A stretch of 64,000 nt of DNA from an archaeon (GTDB lineage: Archaea; Thermoproteota; Thermoprotei_A; Marsarchaeales; Marsarchaeaceae), in contig JAJYZJ010000002.1 of the NCBI GenBank assembly GCA_021800035.1, positions 497 to 64,496 of the forward strand. The letters run 5' to 3'. The notes beneath the pieces are model-generated. The model searched no databases. It saw only the letters and a list, made by a program, of their open reading frames with translations, and was not told the DNA's origin. Below are positions 8,731 to 19,607 of the stretch, in pieces (positions within the stretch are counted from its first letter, which is position 1; every line of letters begins with the position of its first letter). Both the position numbers and the translations under genes were made by a program.

Positions 8731-9834
8731 TCAGGACTCCGCAAGAACCCCTGATGAAAGTCTGTAACCAGCTAATGCCTGTTCGTCGATTTCAATTCCA
8801 ATGCCAGGAGATTCGAAGGGTCTGATCCTTCCATCAATCATTTTGAAGGGATTCTTCACAATGTCATGCTGAAAATACTTGTCATTTGGAGAAGTGTCAC
8901 CAGGGTAATCTATATCTGAAATGCTGGCCAAGGCTACGTTAAATGCACGACCTATGCCGGTTTCAAGCATGCCTCCTATCCAAACATGTCCCCCGGCTTC
9001 TCGCACGAGGTGAGCTATGGCCAGCGACTCGGTAAAGCCTCCTACTCTTCCGGGCTTTATATTTACAACCCTTGCGGCTCCAGCCTTCATCGCTTTCCTG
9101 GCTTTATCAACTGATGTTATGGACTCATCCAAGCAAATTGGCGTGCTCATTTGTCTGCTGAGTTCGGCGTGGTCGATTATGTCATCGTGTGCGAGGGGCT
9201 GCTCGAGATATACTAGATTAAACTTATCCAGTGCTCGCAGAGTGTGAGCGTCAGCCAAGGTATAGTCAGAGTTTGCGTCTGCACTTAACGGGACGCTTGG
9301 GACCGCGGGTCGAACTGCCGACAGGATTTTATCCTCTTTTCCCTTTTCGATCTTTACTTTTATTCTCTTGTATCCTCTCGAGACTGCTGCTGTGGCTTTT
9401 TCAGCCATACGAGCGGGCTCGTCCATACCTATTGAGATACCCACATCCGCAAATCCCTTGGTATTCCCAAGTGCCTTGTAAAGAGGGACACCCTGAACTT
9501 TGGCATGATAATCCCAAAGAAGCATTTCCATCGCGGCTTTTGCCATATTATGGCCTTTAATCCGGGAAACTTCCTCCATTTTCATGAACTCCTTCGGTTT
9601 GGGAAATGCAAGGACGTGTTCAGCCAGCAAATCTTTGATGACGTGAAATGAGGTGTCATTGTCTTCAGAACTGTAGTAGGGCTTGGTTTCTGTTACACAC
9701 TCAGAGTAAGCAGTGACATCCCCTGCTTTTAACTGAAAAATCATTGCCGTCCTGTGTGTTTGAGTGTCGAAACTGGTCGTAAATGGCGCGATGAATGGCA
9801 TTTTCACTTTTGTGTAGCTAAGACTGGCCCTCAA
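8731..9834 (-). CDS. enolase-superfamily enzyme (o-succinylbenzoate synthase / N-acylamino acid racemase / dipeptide epimerase type)
   Basis: KRIKVKIEKG, DANSDYTL, YLEQPL, LDESITS and NIKPGRVGG give the metal-ligand and catalytic-Lys pattern of the MLE subgroup. Confidence 0.8.
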   Translation of the reverse strand: MRASLSYTKVKMPFIAPFTTSFDTQTHRTAMIFQLKAGDVTAYSECVTETKPYYSSEDNDTSFHVIKDLLAEHVLAFPKPKEFMKMEEVSRIKGHNMAKAAMEMLLWDYHAKVQGVPLYKALGNTKGFADVGISIGMDEPARMAEKATAAVSRGYKRIKVKIEKGKEDKILSAVRPAVPSVPLSADANSDYTLADAHTLRALDKFNLVYLEQPLAHDDIIDHAELSRQMSTPICLDESITSVDKARKAMKAGAARVVNIKPGRVGGFTESLAIAHLVREAGGHVWIGGMLETGIGRAFNVALASISDIDYPGDTSPNDKYFQHDIVKNPFKMIDGRIRPFESPGIGIEIDEQALAGYRLSSGVLAES

Positions 9835-9938
9835 TACAAGTCAATAACCGATGGTTCTCTGCTGCTTAAAAGTTTCGTGATGGGCTCTGTTCTCAGATAT
9901 ACCAGAAAGGATTTTAACATGCCAAGCAAGTCCGAGTC

Positions 9939-11072
9939 ATGAGGGCAGTCAAAGCAAGCCTGTTGTATGATGGCTCGACCACGGTTCGGAATGTGTATGT
10001 CACCTTTGAAGGAGACATTATCAAGCGGGTAACCTCCGAGAAGCCAGAAGCAGAAATACTTGGGGAGGGAATCGTAACGCCTGCGTTCATTGATGGGCAC
10101 AGTCATATCGGGATGGCCAGGTCGGGTGAGCCTGGCCGAGAAGATGAAGGCAACGAGGAAATGGACCCACTCTTTCCACTAGTTAACGCCATCCACAGTG
10201 TATACATGGATGATATCGCATTCAGGGAATCGGTCGAGTCAGGCGTGTTATACTCCACTGTTCTGCCAGGCAGTGGAAACATAGTCGGCGGAAAGGCAGT
10301 CTTAATCAGGAACTACGCCACGAATATTGAGCAAGCAAAAATTATGGACGTGGGTGTCAAGGCAGCCCTCGGGTACAATCCCAGAAGCACAACGGAGTGG
10401 AAGGGAAAGAGACCTACTACTCGAATGGGCGCAATTGCGCTTCTACGGGAGAGTTTGATCAAAGCCACAAAGACCAAACGCCTACTATCCAAACGCAAGA
10501 AGCAACCCGATGAAATAGAGCCAGTTATGGATGCATTTATTGACATACTTGATAGAAGACTCAAGCTGATGGTTCACCTTCACAAAGAAGATGACGCGAT
10601 GGTCCTGATTCAGCTTGTCAACGAATTTGGTTTCAAAGCTGTGCTTAACCACGGCATGGACATCTTCAGAGAAGAAGCGTTCGCGAGAGTGGCTGCTGCG
10701 GGGATACCCATAGTGTATGGACCGTTGGATTCGTTTCCTTACAAAGTTGAGCTGAAACACGAAAGCTGGAGAAACGCCCAATCGCTCCTCAAGTCGGGGG
10801 CAAAATTCTGCATGATGAGCGATCACCCAGTGATTCTGCAGCGCAACATGTTCTACACCCTCCGCCACTTCCTTCGCTTTGGACTGTCAAAGGAGGCTGC
10901 AGTTTCAAAGGTGACCAAAGATGCCGCCGAAATAGTTGGGGCTAAGGGAATCGGTCAGATAAAGAGTGGATTCAAGGCCTCGCTAGTAGTCTGGAATGGA
11001 GATCCGTTCGACCTTTCGAATTTCCCTACACTTGTCATAGGAGAGGGGAAAGAAGTGCACAGGGAAGAGTAG
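9939..11072 (+). CDS. metal-dependent amidohydrolase (COG1228-like)
   Basis: PAFIDGHSHIGM is an HxH metal motif after an N-terminal beta-sandwich, followed by TIM-barrel-like periodicity. Divergent from the racemase-like gene. Confidence 0.75.
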   Translation: MRAVKASLLYDGSTTVRNVYVTFEGDIIKRVTSEKPEAEILGEGIVTPAFIDGHSHIGMARSGEPGREDEGNEEMDPLFPLVNAIHSVYMDDIAFRESVESGVLYSTVLPGSGNIVGGKAVLIRNYATNIEQAKIMDVGVKAALGYNPRSTTEWKGKRPTTRMGAIALLRESLIKATKTKRLLSKRKKQPDEIEPVMDAFIDILDRRLKLMVHLHKEDDAMVLIQLVNEFGFKAVLNHGMDIFREEAFARVAAAGIPIVYGPLDSFPYKVELKHESWRNAQSLLKSGAKFCMMSDHPVILQRNMFYTLRHFLRFGLSKEAAVSKVTKDAAEIVGAKGIGQIKSGFKASLVVWNGDPFDLSNFPTLVIGEGKEVHREE

Positions 11073-11253
11073 CATATGCGGGATCGATATCGTAATGGAT
11101 GAGTCTACCACTCGTTTTCTAGTTCAGCTATGAGGTTTGAAAATGAACAGCCGCCGGCCCAAGCCCCCTTGTGTGAGCCCATTAACTGGTTGGTTTGATT
11201 AAATTCTGGCCATTCCGTATTGAGGGTTGAGTTTTGGAAGGCTTGACTAGATC

Positions 11254-11832
11254 TTGAAATTTGGATGTGTGATACTTGCGGCCGGAGAGTCACGGAGGGC
11301 TGGCAAACTAAAGCTGGCCGAGAACTACATGGGTAGCCCGCTCCTGCAGTGGACGGTTGACCTCGCACGGTCTGTCGCATTCTCAGAGGTGGTAGTAGTG
11401 CTTGGAGCTGGAGAGGCGATTCTTCGAGAAAGGGTAAACTTGACGGGCTGCTCGGTGGTAGTAAATCGCGAATACGCCCGAGGAGTGTCTGGCTCCATTA
11501 AAGTGGGACTAATGGAACTGCCACCTGACACAGACGCAGCTGTTATACTGCTTGGGGATATGCCTAATGTCACGAAAGCCATACTGCAGAAGTTAATGCT
11601 CGCGCACGAGAAGAATAGGCTATTTTTCACGCTACCAACTTACCGCGGCAGAAGGGGAAACCCCGTGATAGTGGATTCGAGCGCCTTTCCCGAAGTGCTG
11701 AAGCTGGAGGGAGACACAGGTATACGTCAACTTTTCAGACTATACCCGGATACTTTACAGCGAGTAGAGGTTGACGACCCGGCAATCTTATTCGACATTG
11801 ATACCCCTAGCGACTTTAAGCTGCGAGCCTAG
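11254..11832 (+). CDS. MobA/MocA-like molybdenum cofactor nucleotidyltransferase
   Basis: CVILAAGESRRAG-KLKL N-terminal motif and LLGDMPNV. The size, 192 aa, is typical. Confidence 0.75.
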   Translation: MKFGCVILAAGESRRAGKLKLAENYMGSPLLQWTVDLARSVAFSEVVVVLGAGEAILRERVNLTGCSVVVNREYARGVSGSIKVGLMELPPDTDAAVILLGDMPNVTKAILQKLMLAHEKNRLFFTLPTYRGRRGNPVIVDSSAFPEVLKLEGDTGIRQLFRLYPDTLQRVEVDDPAILFDIDTPSDFKLRA

Positions 11833-12387
11833 GTGTCGCCCAACCCAGCTGAGCAAGAATGGATAAAAGTGTGTAAAATGGGCACCCTTATTGTTTCTGA
11901 ACCATGGAAGAGAAGGATGCTCCTCGAATGAGATGGCAACTCGATCGTTGACGAACCGGGGAATGCCGCGCAAAAAGCTTCAGAGGGTGTCCGGAGGGAG
12001 CTTAACCATTGAACTTAAACTCAATGCCTTTACACATCCTTCACGTTATGTTACGGTGAATGAGCGGGCTTGCTACTCGTGATGTATAACATTCCCGTCT
12101 GATTTCACCGCAACTAGCTCGAGGTTACTGAAGCTGCAGTGGGATATTGACCTCAGGTATTGAAACTTTCTGGCAGTCACTTTTGAGAGTGACCAACCTA
12201 CTGCCGGCATCACCAGAAATCAAATTCATAACCAGAGGTCCTTTCTGGAGCCTGGGGTGCGGCGCGAAGAGTGTATACCTCGCCATTCCCTGTTTTTCGA
12301 ACAAAGGCGACGGGTGAGTGGTTGGCCGGCTTAGGATTGCAGAGTAGGGGAAGAAGGTTTATCACTTCGCCGTGGGATGAGGACTAC

Positions 12388-12822
12388 ATGCCTCCTGGAA
12401 CTGTAGACATAACTGCCAAACATGCCTCTCTAAGGACAGCAGAAGCTCACGGCAGATTGCGGTTGAGAAAGAGTACGCTTCGCCTTATCAGGACGGGAAA
12501 AGTGCCCAAGGGTGACCCATGCTCAGTGGCGGTAGTCGCTGGCGTGCAGGCTGCCAAACGAACATTTGAATTGATTCCGTACTGTCACCAGATACCCCTA
12601 ACCTCGGTCACAGTCTTACCAAAAATTGAGGAAGACGCCGTAAGTATCAGCACCCAAGTAAAGGCGAACTACTCGACAGGTGTAGAAATGGAAGCACTGA
12701 CTGCATGTTCAGTTGCGTTGCTTACTTTCTGGGACATGGTCAAAGAGCTCGAGAAAGATGTAACAGGTGGTTATCCCGATACCAAAATAGAATCAGTTGA
12801 AGTGACCTTGAAGTCGAAGTGA
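12388..12822 (+). CDS. moaC: cyclic pyranopterin monophosphate synthase MoaC
   Basis: VDITAKHASLRTAEAHG ... KGDPCSVAVVAGVQAAKRTFELIPYCHQIPLTSV ... TGVEMEALTA. The track ORF starts at 12271, but conservation begins at the ATG at 12388. Confidence 0.9.
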   Translation: MPPGTVDITAKHASLRTAEAHGRLRLRKSTLRLIRTGKVPKGDPCSVAVVAGVQAAKRTFELIPYCHQIPLTSVTVLPKIEEDAVSISTQVKANYSTGVEMEALTACSVALLTFWDMVKELEKDVTGGYPDTKIESVEVTLKSK

Positions 12823-12828
12823 CAATGA

Positions 12829-13368
12829 ATGAGCCGGCATCCGCATGAAAATCATGAGCGAGCGTCTGCCGAAATGGCCCAACCAGAGTTCGGGATAATT
12901 GTAGCTAGCTCTTCCCGCTACAACGAAGTGAAATCGGGTAAGGACGTAACTGATGAATCTGGTGACAGAGTGGTTGCTGCAGCCACTAAAGCTGGATTCA
13001 AAGTGACATTCCGTACTCTAGTGGATGATGAGATTCATGAAATTAGATATGCCATTCTAAAATCGATTGTGGATGTCAGATGCGACGTTTGCGTCGTAGT
13101 AGGAGGTACAGGAATATCACGCAGGGACGTCACGGTGGAGGCAACTCGGCCCCTCTTAGACAAGAGCCTGCCAGGATTTGCCGTTAGATTTCAGTTAGAA
13201 AGCATTGAACAAGTAGGTAGCTCGGCCATGATTTCTAGAGCAATGGCGGGGGTGCTGAGAAAGTCGCTTGTAATCTGCCTGCCAGGGTCTCCTGAGGCCG
13301 TTGACAAGGGGATGGAAATCTTGATCCCCGCAGTTAAGCATATGCTACTCATCGCAAGAAAAGACTGA
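12829..13368 (+). CDS. moaB: MoaB/MogA-family molybdopterin adenylyltransferase
   Basis: FGIIVASSSRYN ... CVVVGGTGISRRDVTVEATRPLLDKSLPGF carries the GGTG motif. Confidence 0.85.
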   Translation: MSRHPHENHERASAEMAQPEFGIIVASSSRYNEVKSGKDVTDESGDRVVAAATKAGFKVTFRTLVDDEIHEIRYAILKSIVDVRCDVCVVVGGTGISRRDVTVEATRPLLDKSLPGFAVRFQLESIEQVGSSAMISRAMAGVLRKSLVICLPGSPEAVDKGMEILIPAVKHMLLIARKD

Positions 13369-13413
13369 AATCCGGAGAGAAGTCGTGCATGTCCTTGAAT
13401 GGGAGTGGTGGAT

Positions 13414-14703
13414 TCATCCTGACTCAGCGCTGGCCCCAGCCTGAACTCCCAATCGCTTGGCCAAGAATCCAGTCGTGAAGCCTGACACAAGCACAGTTAC
13501 CAGCACAATAAAGAGTACTATTGAAAATACCGTCTCAGTATATGGTTTAAGAGAAGGTATACTTACTGAGTAACCAATAAGCGCAAAAGCCAAGGCGGCG
13601 GGGACGGCTCCCCTAGCCCCCACCCATGATATCAGAGCCTTTTCCCTAGGCGATATGTCGTCTAGGGCTGTTGACGCCCACACCGCTGCAGGTCGAACTA
13701 AAAATATTAGCGATGCAGATATCCCAAGGCCGAGCAAAAAATTACCTTCCCCAAACGTTCCTACGGGCGCGTACACACCGAGGAGCAGGAAAATGGCCAC
13801 CTGGGTCACGAAAGCCACAATACTCCAAAGATAATTTACCTGTTGCCTCTCAAAAGCGGTAAATCGTTCCTTCATTGCAGCTCCCACTACCATGCCGGAA
13901 ATCATTGCAGCGGCAATCCCGCTCGTTCCCAAGGCGTCAGCCAACCCATAGGCCACTGTAAAAATCACAACACTAGCGTAGTTCATCTGGTCCCTGAATC
14001 TGAACCTTTCAACTAGCGCCATCGAGGCGACCCCAACAAGCAGCCCGACCCCAACTCCTCCAAAGAGCAGCCTCACGAAATCAAACGCAATTATCGGTCC
14101 ACTTGGAGGACTTTGGCCGGCAACGACAGACAGAATAATTGTGAAAATCACGATGCTCGTTGGGTCATTCAGTGCAGATTCGCCGCCTGCCACTGCCGCT
14201 ATCTTTGGGGCCAACTTGCCTGACTTAAGCAGTGGAAATATTACTATAGGGTCTGTCGCGGAAACTATTCCTCCAACCAGAAGCGAAATAGTAAGCGGAA
14301 GACGAAGAACATAGTAGCCTATTCCCGCTACTCCAATAGTGGTTATCGCAACTCCTAGGGTTGCAAGCAGAAAAACACTTTTTGCAACCTTCCTGAGTTC
14401 CCTCAAATCGGTTTCGAGGCCAGTTCCGAAGAGGTAGAGTGGCACAAGAAAGAATGCCACACCAGCTATTGAAAATCCGAATGAATTAGGGCTAAGTATT
14501 GAAAGACCTGACGGCCCGATAATGAGTCCGGTAAGAATGAGCGGCACAATAACCGGGATCCTGAGCAGGCTAGCCGCCCTGGCGCTGAGTAAACCCAAGA
14601 CGAGTATGATGCCAATCTCGTCCACTATGACTGGAGAACCACTTGTAGAAAGACCACCAGTCAGGGTGGAATAATCAAATTGATTCCATACGAGGTTCAT
14701 CAA
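13414..14703 (-). CDS. CPA1-family Na+/H+ antiporter (NhaP-type)
   Basis: About 12 TM helices, with the IVSATDPIV signature. Confidence 0.8.
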   Translation of the reverse strand: MMNLVWNQFDYSTLTGGLSTSGSPVIVDEIGIILVLGLLSARAASLLRIPVIVPLILTGLIIGPSGLSILSPNSFGFSIAGVAFFLVPLYLFGTGLETDLRELRKVAKSVFLLATLGVAITTIGVAGIGYYVLRLPLTISLLVGGIVSATDPIVIFPLLKSGKLAPKIAAVAGGESALNDPTSIVIFTIILSVVAGQSPPSGPIIAFDFVRLLFGGVGVGLLVGVASMALVERFRFRDQMNYASVVIFTVAYGLADALGTSGIAAAMISGMVVGAAMKERFTAFERQQVNYLWSIVAFVTQVAIFLLLGVYAPVGTFGEGNFLLGLGISASLIFLVRPAAVWASTALDDISPREKALISWVGARGAVPAALAFALIGYSVSIPSLKPYTETVFSIVLFIVLVTVLVSGFTTGFLAKRLGVQAGASAESG

Positions 14704-14944
14704 ACCGAAATCAGCTCTCTCACCTGACTGGACCTGCCACCTTTGGGATTATTACTTCCGTTGCGACTTCGTAGCTTAAGCCTTGCTTGGCCTGAGCACC
14801 GTGGCCCTAGAACCAAGGGCCGTCTAAACAAGGAGAACAGTAGATGATTATATAGCTCCTGTCCACCCGCAATAACTGACATCCTCCCACCCTTAAAAGG
14901 TGGGGCTTTCTGCGTTCATCGGGTAATAACTGGACAGACGTAGA

Positions 14945-16411
14945 TTACTTCTCAAGAGGGCTCGGACCTGGGTTGGCTAATGCATACTCATAGAAGAACT
15001 GCGCCGAGTGAAGGATTGCTTTGTAGAACAGATCAATTTCGACATTTTCATTTGGTGCATGTACCGCCGACAGTGGTCCCCCGGCACCAATTGCGGACAC
15101 AGCTTCACCAATTCCCAGAACATGCGTAAACAGGCTCATGGGCTGCGTTCCTGGGCTGTTGGGAATAAGACACGACTGCTTACCGTAGATTTTCGCCGCA
15201 GAATTTTTCAGGGCCGTGACAAGGGCCGTATTAGAAGGAGAACGCACAGGGAATTCTGAGCTAAGCACCTTTATCTCCCCCTCGAAGCCCACTTTGGCAA
15301 GGTGATTCCTCAAGAGCTGCAGAATTTTCTGCGGGTCCTGATCCGGAACGAGCCTGAAATCCAGCTTTGCGAATGCCTTTGCGGGGACAATTGTCTTAGC
15401 GCCTGTCCCAGAATAACCAGAGGCTAGACCGTCAATATTGCAGCTGGGCTCATTAAAGAGTGCTAGCGCCACTTCTTTCCTAGTTTTCTTTGTCAATCTG
15501 GTGACCCCCAGCGATCGCTCGAGGTCTGAGGGATCGATGTCATAAGTATCAACCATTGAAAGATATTCCTCACGTAGTGGCTTCACGTCGTCATAGAAGC
15601 CAGGCACTAACACGTGGCCATCGCTACCCTTTATGGTGCTTAGAACATTCAGGAGCTTCCACGCGGCATTCTCGGTTATGACCGCATTTGAGGAGTGCAG
15701 GTCTCTTTCACCAATTGATATGTCAAGCTGCAGATAGAGCAGACCCTTTACGCCAAGAATAATTTGCGGCCTGCCTTTGGCATCCAATCCTCCTCCTTCC
15801 ATAATGACGGCATCGGCGTGCAAAGTCGTGGCATTATCTCTGATGAATCTCTCAAGGTGTGGGCTCCCGATTTCTTCTTCCCCCTCCACCAGAAATTTGA
15901 AGTTGAGACCCGCAGCTTTCTCCTCAAGGAATTTCTTGAAGCCAAGAAGTCTAGCGATGAGTGTACCTTTATTATCTGCAGCTCCTCTTGCATATACTCG
16001 GCCGTTCGCAATATCTGCAGAGAATGGTCCATGGCGCCATTCATTAAGGGGGTCTACGGGTTGCACGTCATAGTGGTTATACACCAGAATGGTGCGTGCA
16101 GCGCCAGTATTGTATTCGCCTGTTACTATGGGATGCCCGTCAGTTTTTCTAACAGCGGTCTTTATTCCGGCCTGCTGAAATAAGGAATTCAGGAGGTCAG
16201 CTGTTTCCATTATTCCTTCTCCGGTCGCAGAAATGGATGGTTGCTTTAGGAACTGGATGTACGACTCTAGGGCATCTTGCTCTTCTTCCTTGGTAAGCGA
16301 AAACTCCATATCGAACAGAACCTGATCACAGAAATAAGAATTAACCTGAGGCCAAGGCGTACCAGCTCCAACCCATATGATAAGGCGAGTGAACATCGCC
16401 TCCAGTTGCAC
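14945..16411 (-). CDS. M20-family metallo-dipeptidase
   Basis: YNHYDVQPVDPLNEW..PF, ARGAADNKG and EGEEEIGS metal and catalytic motifs. The true start may be the internal MEFSLTKEE. Confidence 0.85.
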   Translation of the reverse strand: MQLEAMFTRLIIWVGAGTPWPQVNSYFCDQVLFDMEFSLTKEEEQDALESYIQFLKQPSISATGEGIMETADLLNSLFQQAGIKTAVRKTDGHPIVTGEYNTGAARTILVYNHYDVQPVDPLNEWRHGPFSADIANGRVYARGAADNKGTLIARLLGFKKFLEEKAAGLNFKFLVEGEEEIGSPHLERFIRDNATTLHADAVIMEGGGLDAKGRPQIILGVKGLLYLQLDISIGERDLHSSNAVITENAAWKLLNVLSTIKGSDGHVLVPGFYDDVKPLREEYLSMVDTYDIDPSDLERSLGVTRLTKKTRKEVALALFNEPSCNIDGLASGYSGTGAKTIVPAKAFAKLDFRLVPDQDPQKILQLLRNHLAKVGFEGEIKVLSSEFPVRSPSNTALVTALKNSAAKIYGKQSCLIPNSPGTQPMSLFTHVLGIGEAVSAIGAGGPLSAVHAPNENVEIDLFYKAILHSAQFFYEYALANPGPSPLEK

Positions 16412-16584
16412 CGAAAACCCAGCGTCAGCTAGACGGGAAACTCAACAGGTGGGTTCATACCCCCTGCTTATCTAGAGTGCAGTGCACTTCCAGTAAAGAA
16501 ATTTCAGGACTAATTTACCAAATTATGGATTTCCTCAAATTTTCTATTGAGCCCGAAATATGAAAACTGCTCCGGACAGGAAAC

Positions 16585-16592
16585 TTTATAAA
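16585..16592 (+). promoter_or_regulatory. TATA box (TTTATAAA) for the wHTH regulator gene
   Basis: Its centre is ~27 nt upstream of the second in-frame ATG (16615) and only ~9 nt from the first ATG (16597). This suggests a leaderless mRNA starting at 16615. Confidence 0.4.
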
Positions 16593-16596
16593 CAAA

Positions 16597-17337
16597 ATGG
16601 TTTACATAATTCAGATGCAGGAAAGCAAACTTCAGCACGGATTGTCAACTGAGGCGCGGTTACTCTTGCTTTTGAGGTATTCCGGAGGGCGCACTCTCAA
16701 CCAGCTCGCGGATGAACTGGGTCTCTCTCGTATGGGCGTTTACAAACGTCTGGTTGTGCTCGAGAAAAAGGGATTGGTTACAAGGAAGATTCACAAAACG
16801 AAGCTCGGCAGACCAGCATTTCTTTTTATGCCCACTGAAGAAGGGAGAAACAGTTTTGGCAATGAAAATGTGCTGCTCGGGAGACTTGTAGAATATCTTG
16901 ACCGTACATCGCACGGAGGCCTTGTGTCTTGCTTTCTCAAAGATAGATATGCGACTGCTCACCGAGACTACTCGGAAAGGCTCAAAGGTCTTTCGGGAAA
17001 TGAACTGGTCTTGGCACTGGCAGAAATTCGTTCTGAAGAGGGATACATGGCCGAGTCGAGACTGCTCACTCGGGATTTGGCGGAGATGGTAGAATATGCT
17101 TGCCCCATATTCGAAATCGCAAAGCGCCATGCCGAAGCGTGCATCATGGAGCAGAAGCTGTTCTCTGAATTGTTCGGGGGAGAAGTTGAGAGTACGCATC
17201 GCCAGGTAGACGGCCGCGATATCTGCAGGTTCGTGTTCCACACCCGCGCAAAGCGCGCTTCCAAGCGCGAAGCTGCAAAAGTAAGTCAATATAGCGAAGG
17301 AATCGGGGCTGGCCCGTACGCAGTCCCCAGCGTCTGA
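16597..17337 (+). CDS. winged-helix (ArsR/MarR-like) transcriptional regulator with C-terminal sensor-like domain
   Basis: [33 protein letters not shown]...GRPAFLF is a clear wHTH. The likely start is 16615. Confidence 0.75.
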   Translation: MVYIIQMQESKLQHGLSTEARLLLLLRYSGGRTLNQLADELGLSRMGVYKRLVVLEKKGLVTRKIHKTKLGRPAFLFMPTEEGRNSFGNENVLLGRLVEYLDRTSHGGLVSCFLKDRYATAHRDYSERLKGLSGNELVLALAEIRSEEGYMAESRLLTRDLAEMVEYACPIFEIAKRHAEACIMEQKLFSELFGGEVESTHRQVDGRDICRFVFHTRAKRASKREAAKVSQYSEGIGAGPYAVPSV

Positions 17338-17366
17338 CTTACTCACCCTCTGAAGAGGCGAATAGC

Positions 17367-19475
17367 ATGAAAACGCCGCGGCGTCCAAACAGGTTGATAT
17401 TTGAACAAAGCCCCTACCTACTGCAGCACGCATACAACCCTGTGGACTGGTTTCCTTGGGGGGAAGAGGCTTTCGCCACGGCAAAGAAACTGGATAGACC
17501 AGTTTTTCTTTCAATCGGCTATAGCACTTGCCACTGGTGTCATGTCATGGAACGCGAGTCTTTCGAGGATGAGGATATAGCTAACATCCTTAACTCAACT
17601 TTTGTTTGCATTAAAGTGGATAGAGAAGAGAGGCCAGATATCGACCAAGTGTACATGGATTTCTGCCAGTCTATGACTGGAGGTGGCGGCTGGCCGCTCA
17701 CGATAATCATGACACCGGATAAGAAACCATTCTTCGCAGGAACCTATTTTCCTAAGGACAATATGATGGGATTGATCGGACTTCGCCAGCTCGCGCTAAG
17801 GATAAATGAGGCATGGAATACCCAGAAGTCAAAATTAGTAGAATCCGCAGAAGCGCTTACAGAGGCGTTGACGAAGCAGGACCCGGTCCCCTCTCATCTC
17901 CAAACCCCTAGCCAGGAAGACATGGAGAAACTGCTACACCAAGGTTATACCGAGCTTTATGAGGCCTTTGACGAAGTATCCGGAGGTTTTGGCAAGTCCC
18001 CTAAATTTCCTTCTCCTCACAGACTCCTGTTTCTATTGAGATACTGGGAATGGAGTGGAGAAGCTCCTGCCTTGGCCATGGTTCAACTGACGTTAAAAAA
18101 GATGCGGCATGGAGGCATATTCGACCAAGTCGGGTTCGGATTCCACAGGTATTCTACGGACTCCCAGTGGCATATGCCGCACTTCGAAAAGATGCTGTAT
18201 GACCAGGCTCTCCTGAACATGGCCTATTCTGAGTGCTTTCAGATAACGAAAGATGAAAGCTTCGCATCTGCATCTCGTGAGATAGTCGAGTTTGTAAAGC
18301 GCGAGCTGACTTCTCCTGCTGGAACTTTCTATACAGCTCTGGACGCTGACAGCGGAGGAATTGAGGGGGATTACTACAAATGGAGGAAAGATGACTTCAG
18401 GCAGTTGCTTGGCGAGGAGGCCGCTTGGGCCCAAGAAGCATTTGGGATGGCCGAAACTGGCCTAGAAGCGAACGCGGAAGTAAATGGCGATGCACGTGTC
18501 GTGCTTACGCTGAATTCAGAATTCCTGCAACAGAGATTTCCAGATAGTACCGTAAGACGCGCGAAGCTAGGCGAGGTGATTACCAAGCTTCGCGAGGAGT
18601 GTAGCAAGAGAGCCAAACCGTCACTTGACACAAAGGTTCTCACAGACCTGAATGGATTGATGATAGCCTCGCTTGCGAAGTCCTCAGTCGCCCTGGGCAA
18701 TCCCGATCACCTCAACATGGCAAAGGCCGCGTGTTCGAAACTCGCTGCCCAAAATTTGGAACCCACCGGTATGCTCTACCATCTCACCCAAGATAGCGGC
18801 CGCCATATAGAAGGATTGCTCGACGACTATGCGTTTTTCGCTTGGGGTTTGCTCGAACTTTATCAGGCGACTGGAGAGACAGAGTATCTGAATAAGGCGA
18901 TTTTGACCACCAAATACGCTCTCAAACACTTTCGCGGTATTGAGGAAGGAATACTCTTTTCGTCCGCCGAAGGTTCTGTCGAGCTTCCATTTCGCCCAAA
19001 AGTTGCATATGATGGGGCCATCCCCAGCGGCGCCTCAGCAATTTTTATGAACACTCTGCGGTTGGCATTGCTTACGGGGGACTCAGAATTCTCCGTTGCG
19101 GCAGAGAAGATTCTTCGAGCTTACTACAGGCAAATTTCCTCAGCGCCTAGCTCTTTCTGTCACTTTCTTGCAGGCGTATATATTGCGCTAGGGCCAAGCT
19201 TCGAAATTGTAATATCAGCAGCCTCGGCTGAGGCAGGAAGCCAAGCTCTTCTCGAGCTCACGAGACCATTTGGGCCACGCAAGCTCGTGCTCCTTTGCAC
19301 GCCCAATACCCGGGATGAGCTTGGAAAGCTTGCCGAATATACGAGAGGCATGTCAACTGGCAAGTCTGGAACACAATTTTATGTATGTTTTAATCATAGC
19401 TGCGAGAGACCAGTGGCCACGCTGACAGAAGTAGAATCCGTACTATCGCGACAGAAGTCGGCCCACGCACGATGA
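17367..19475 (+). CDS. thioredoxin-domain protein of the YyaL/SSP411 (DUF255) family
   Basis: [55 protein letters not shown], followed by a six-hairpin glycosidase-like repeat region. Confidence 0.9.
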   Translation: MKTPRRPNRLIFEQSPYLLQHAYNPVDWFPWGEEAFATAKKLDRPVFLSIGYSTCHWCHVMERESFEDEDIANILNSTFVCIKVDREERPDIDQVYMDFCQSMTGGGGWPLTIIMTPDKKPFFAGTYFPKDNMMGLIGLRQLALRINEAWNTQKSKLVESAEALTEALTKQDPVPSHLQTPSQEDMEKLLHQGYTELYEAFDEVSGGFGKSPKFPSPHRLLFLLRYWEWSGEAPALAMVQLTLKKMRHGGIFDQVGFGFHRYSTDSQWHMPHFEKMLYDQALLNMAYSECFQITKDESFASASREIVEFVKRELTSPAGTFYTALDADSGGIEGDYYKWRKDDFRQLLGEEAAWAQEAFGMAETGLEANAEVNGDARVVLTLNSEFLQQRFPDSTVRRAKLGEVITKLREECSKRAKPSLDTKVLTDLNGLMIASLAKSSVALGNPDHLNMAKAACSKLAAQNLEPTGMLYHLTQDSGRHIEGLLDDYAFFAWGLLELYQATGETEYLNKAILTTKYALKHFRGIEEGILFSSAEGSVELPFRPKVAYDGAIPSGASAIFMNTLRLALLTGDSEFSVAAEKILRAYYRQISSAPSSFCHFLAGVYIALGPSFEIVISAASAEAGSQALLELTRPFGPRKLVLLCTPNTRDELGKLAEYTRGMSTGKSGTQFYVCFNHSCERPVATLTEVESVLSRQKSAHAR

Positions 19476-19607
19476 AGATTACTTGATGGCTTACGAGACT
19501 CTGACTTGATGAACCAGTTCAGGACCCCTGCGTATTACGCACGTTTATGTATACCCCAGAGGCAAAGGACCAACTGATTACTGAGCAATACCGCGTGGGG
19601 AATAATC

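Noticed and set aside
11833-12387. Moco riboswitch in the 555-nt spacer upstream of moaC-moaB
   Set aside because: The Moco RNA motif is known from bacteria. I could not find its conserved core here, only a vague CCGGAGGGAGC. The two ORFs of 61-63 aa in the spacer look non-coding. Left as an unexplained long leader or spacer.
16660-17514. 284-aa minus-strand ORF covering the whole wHTH regulator gene and the start of the YyaL-like gene
   Set aside because: The product is Cys/Arg/Ser-rich with no motif. The plus strand encodes an unmistakable winged-helix domain and a conserved thioredoxin-like N-terminus. It is a typical shadow ORF.
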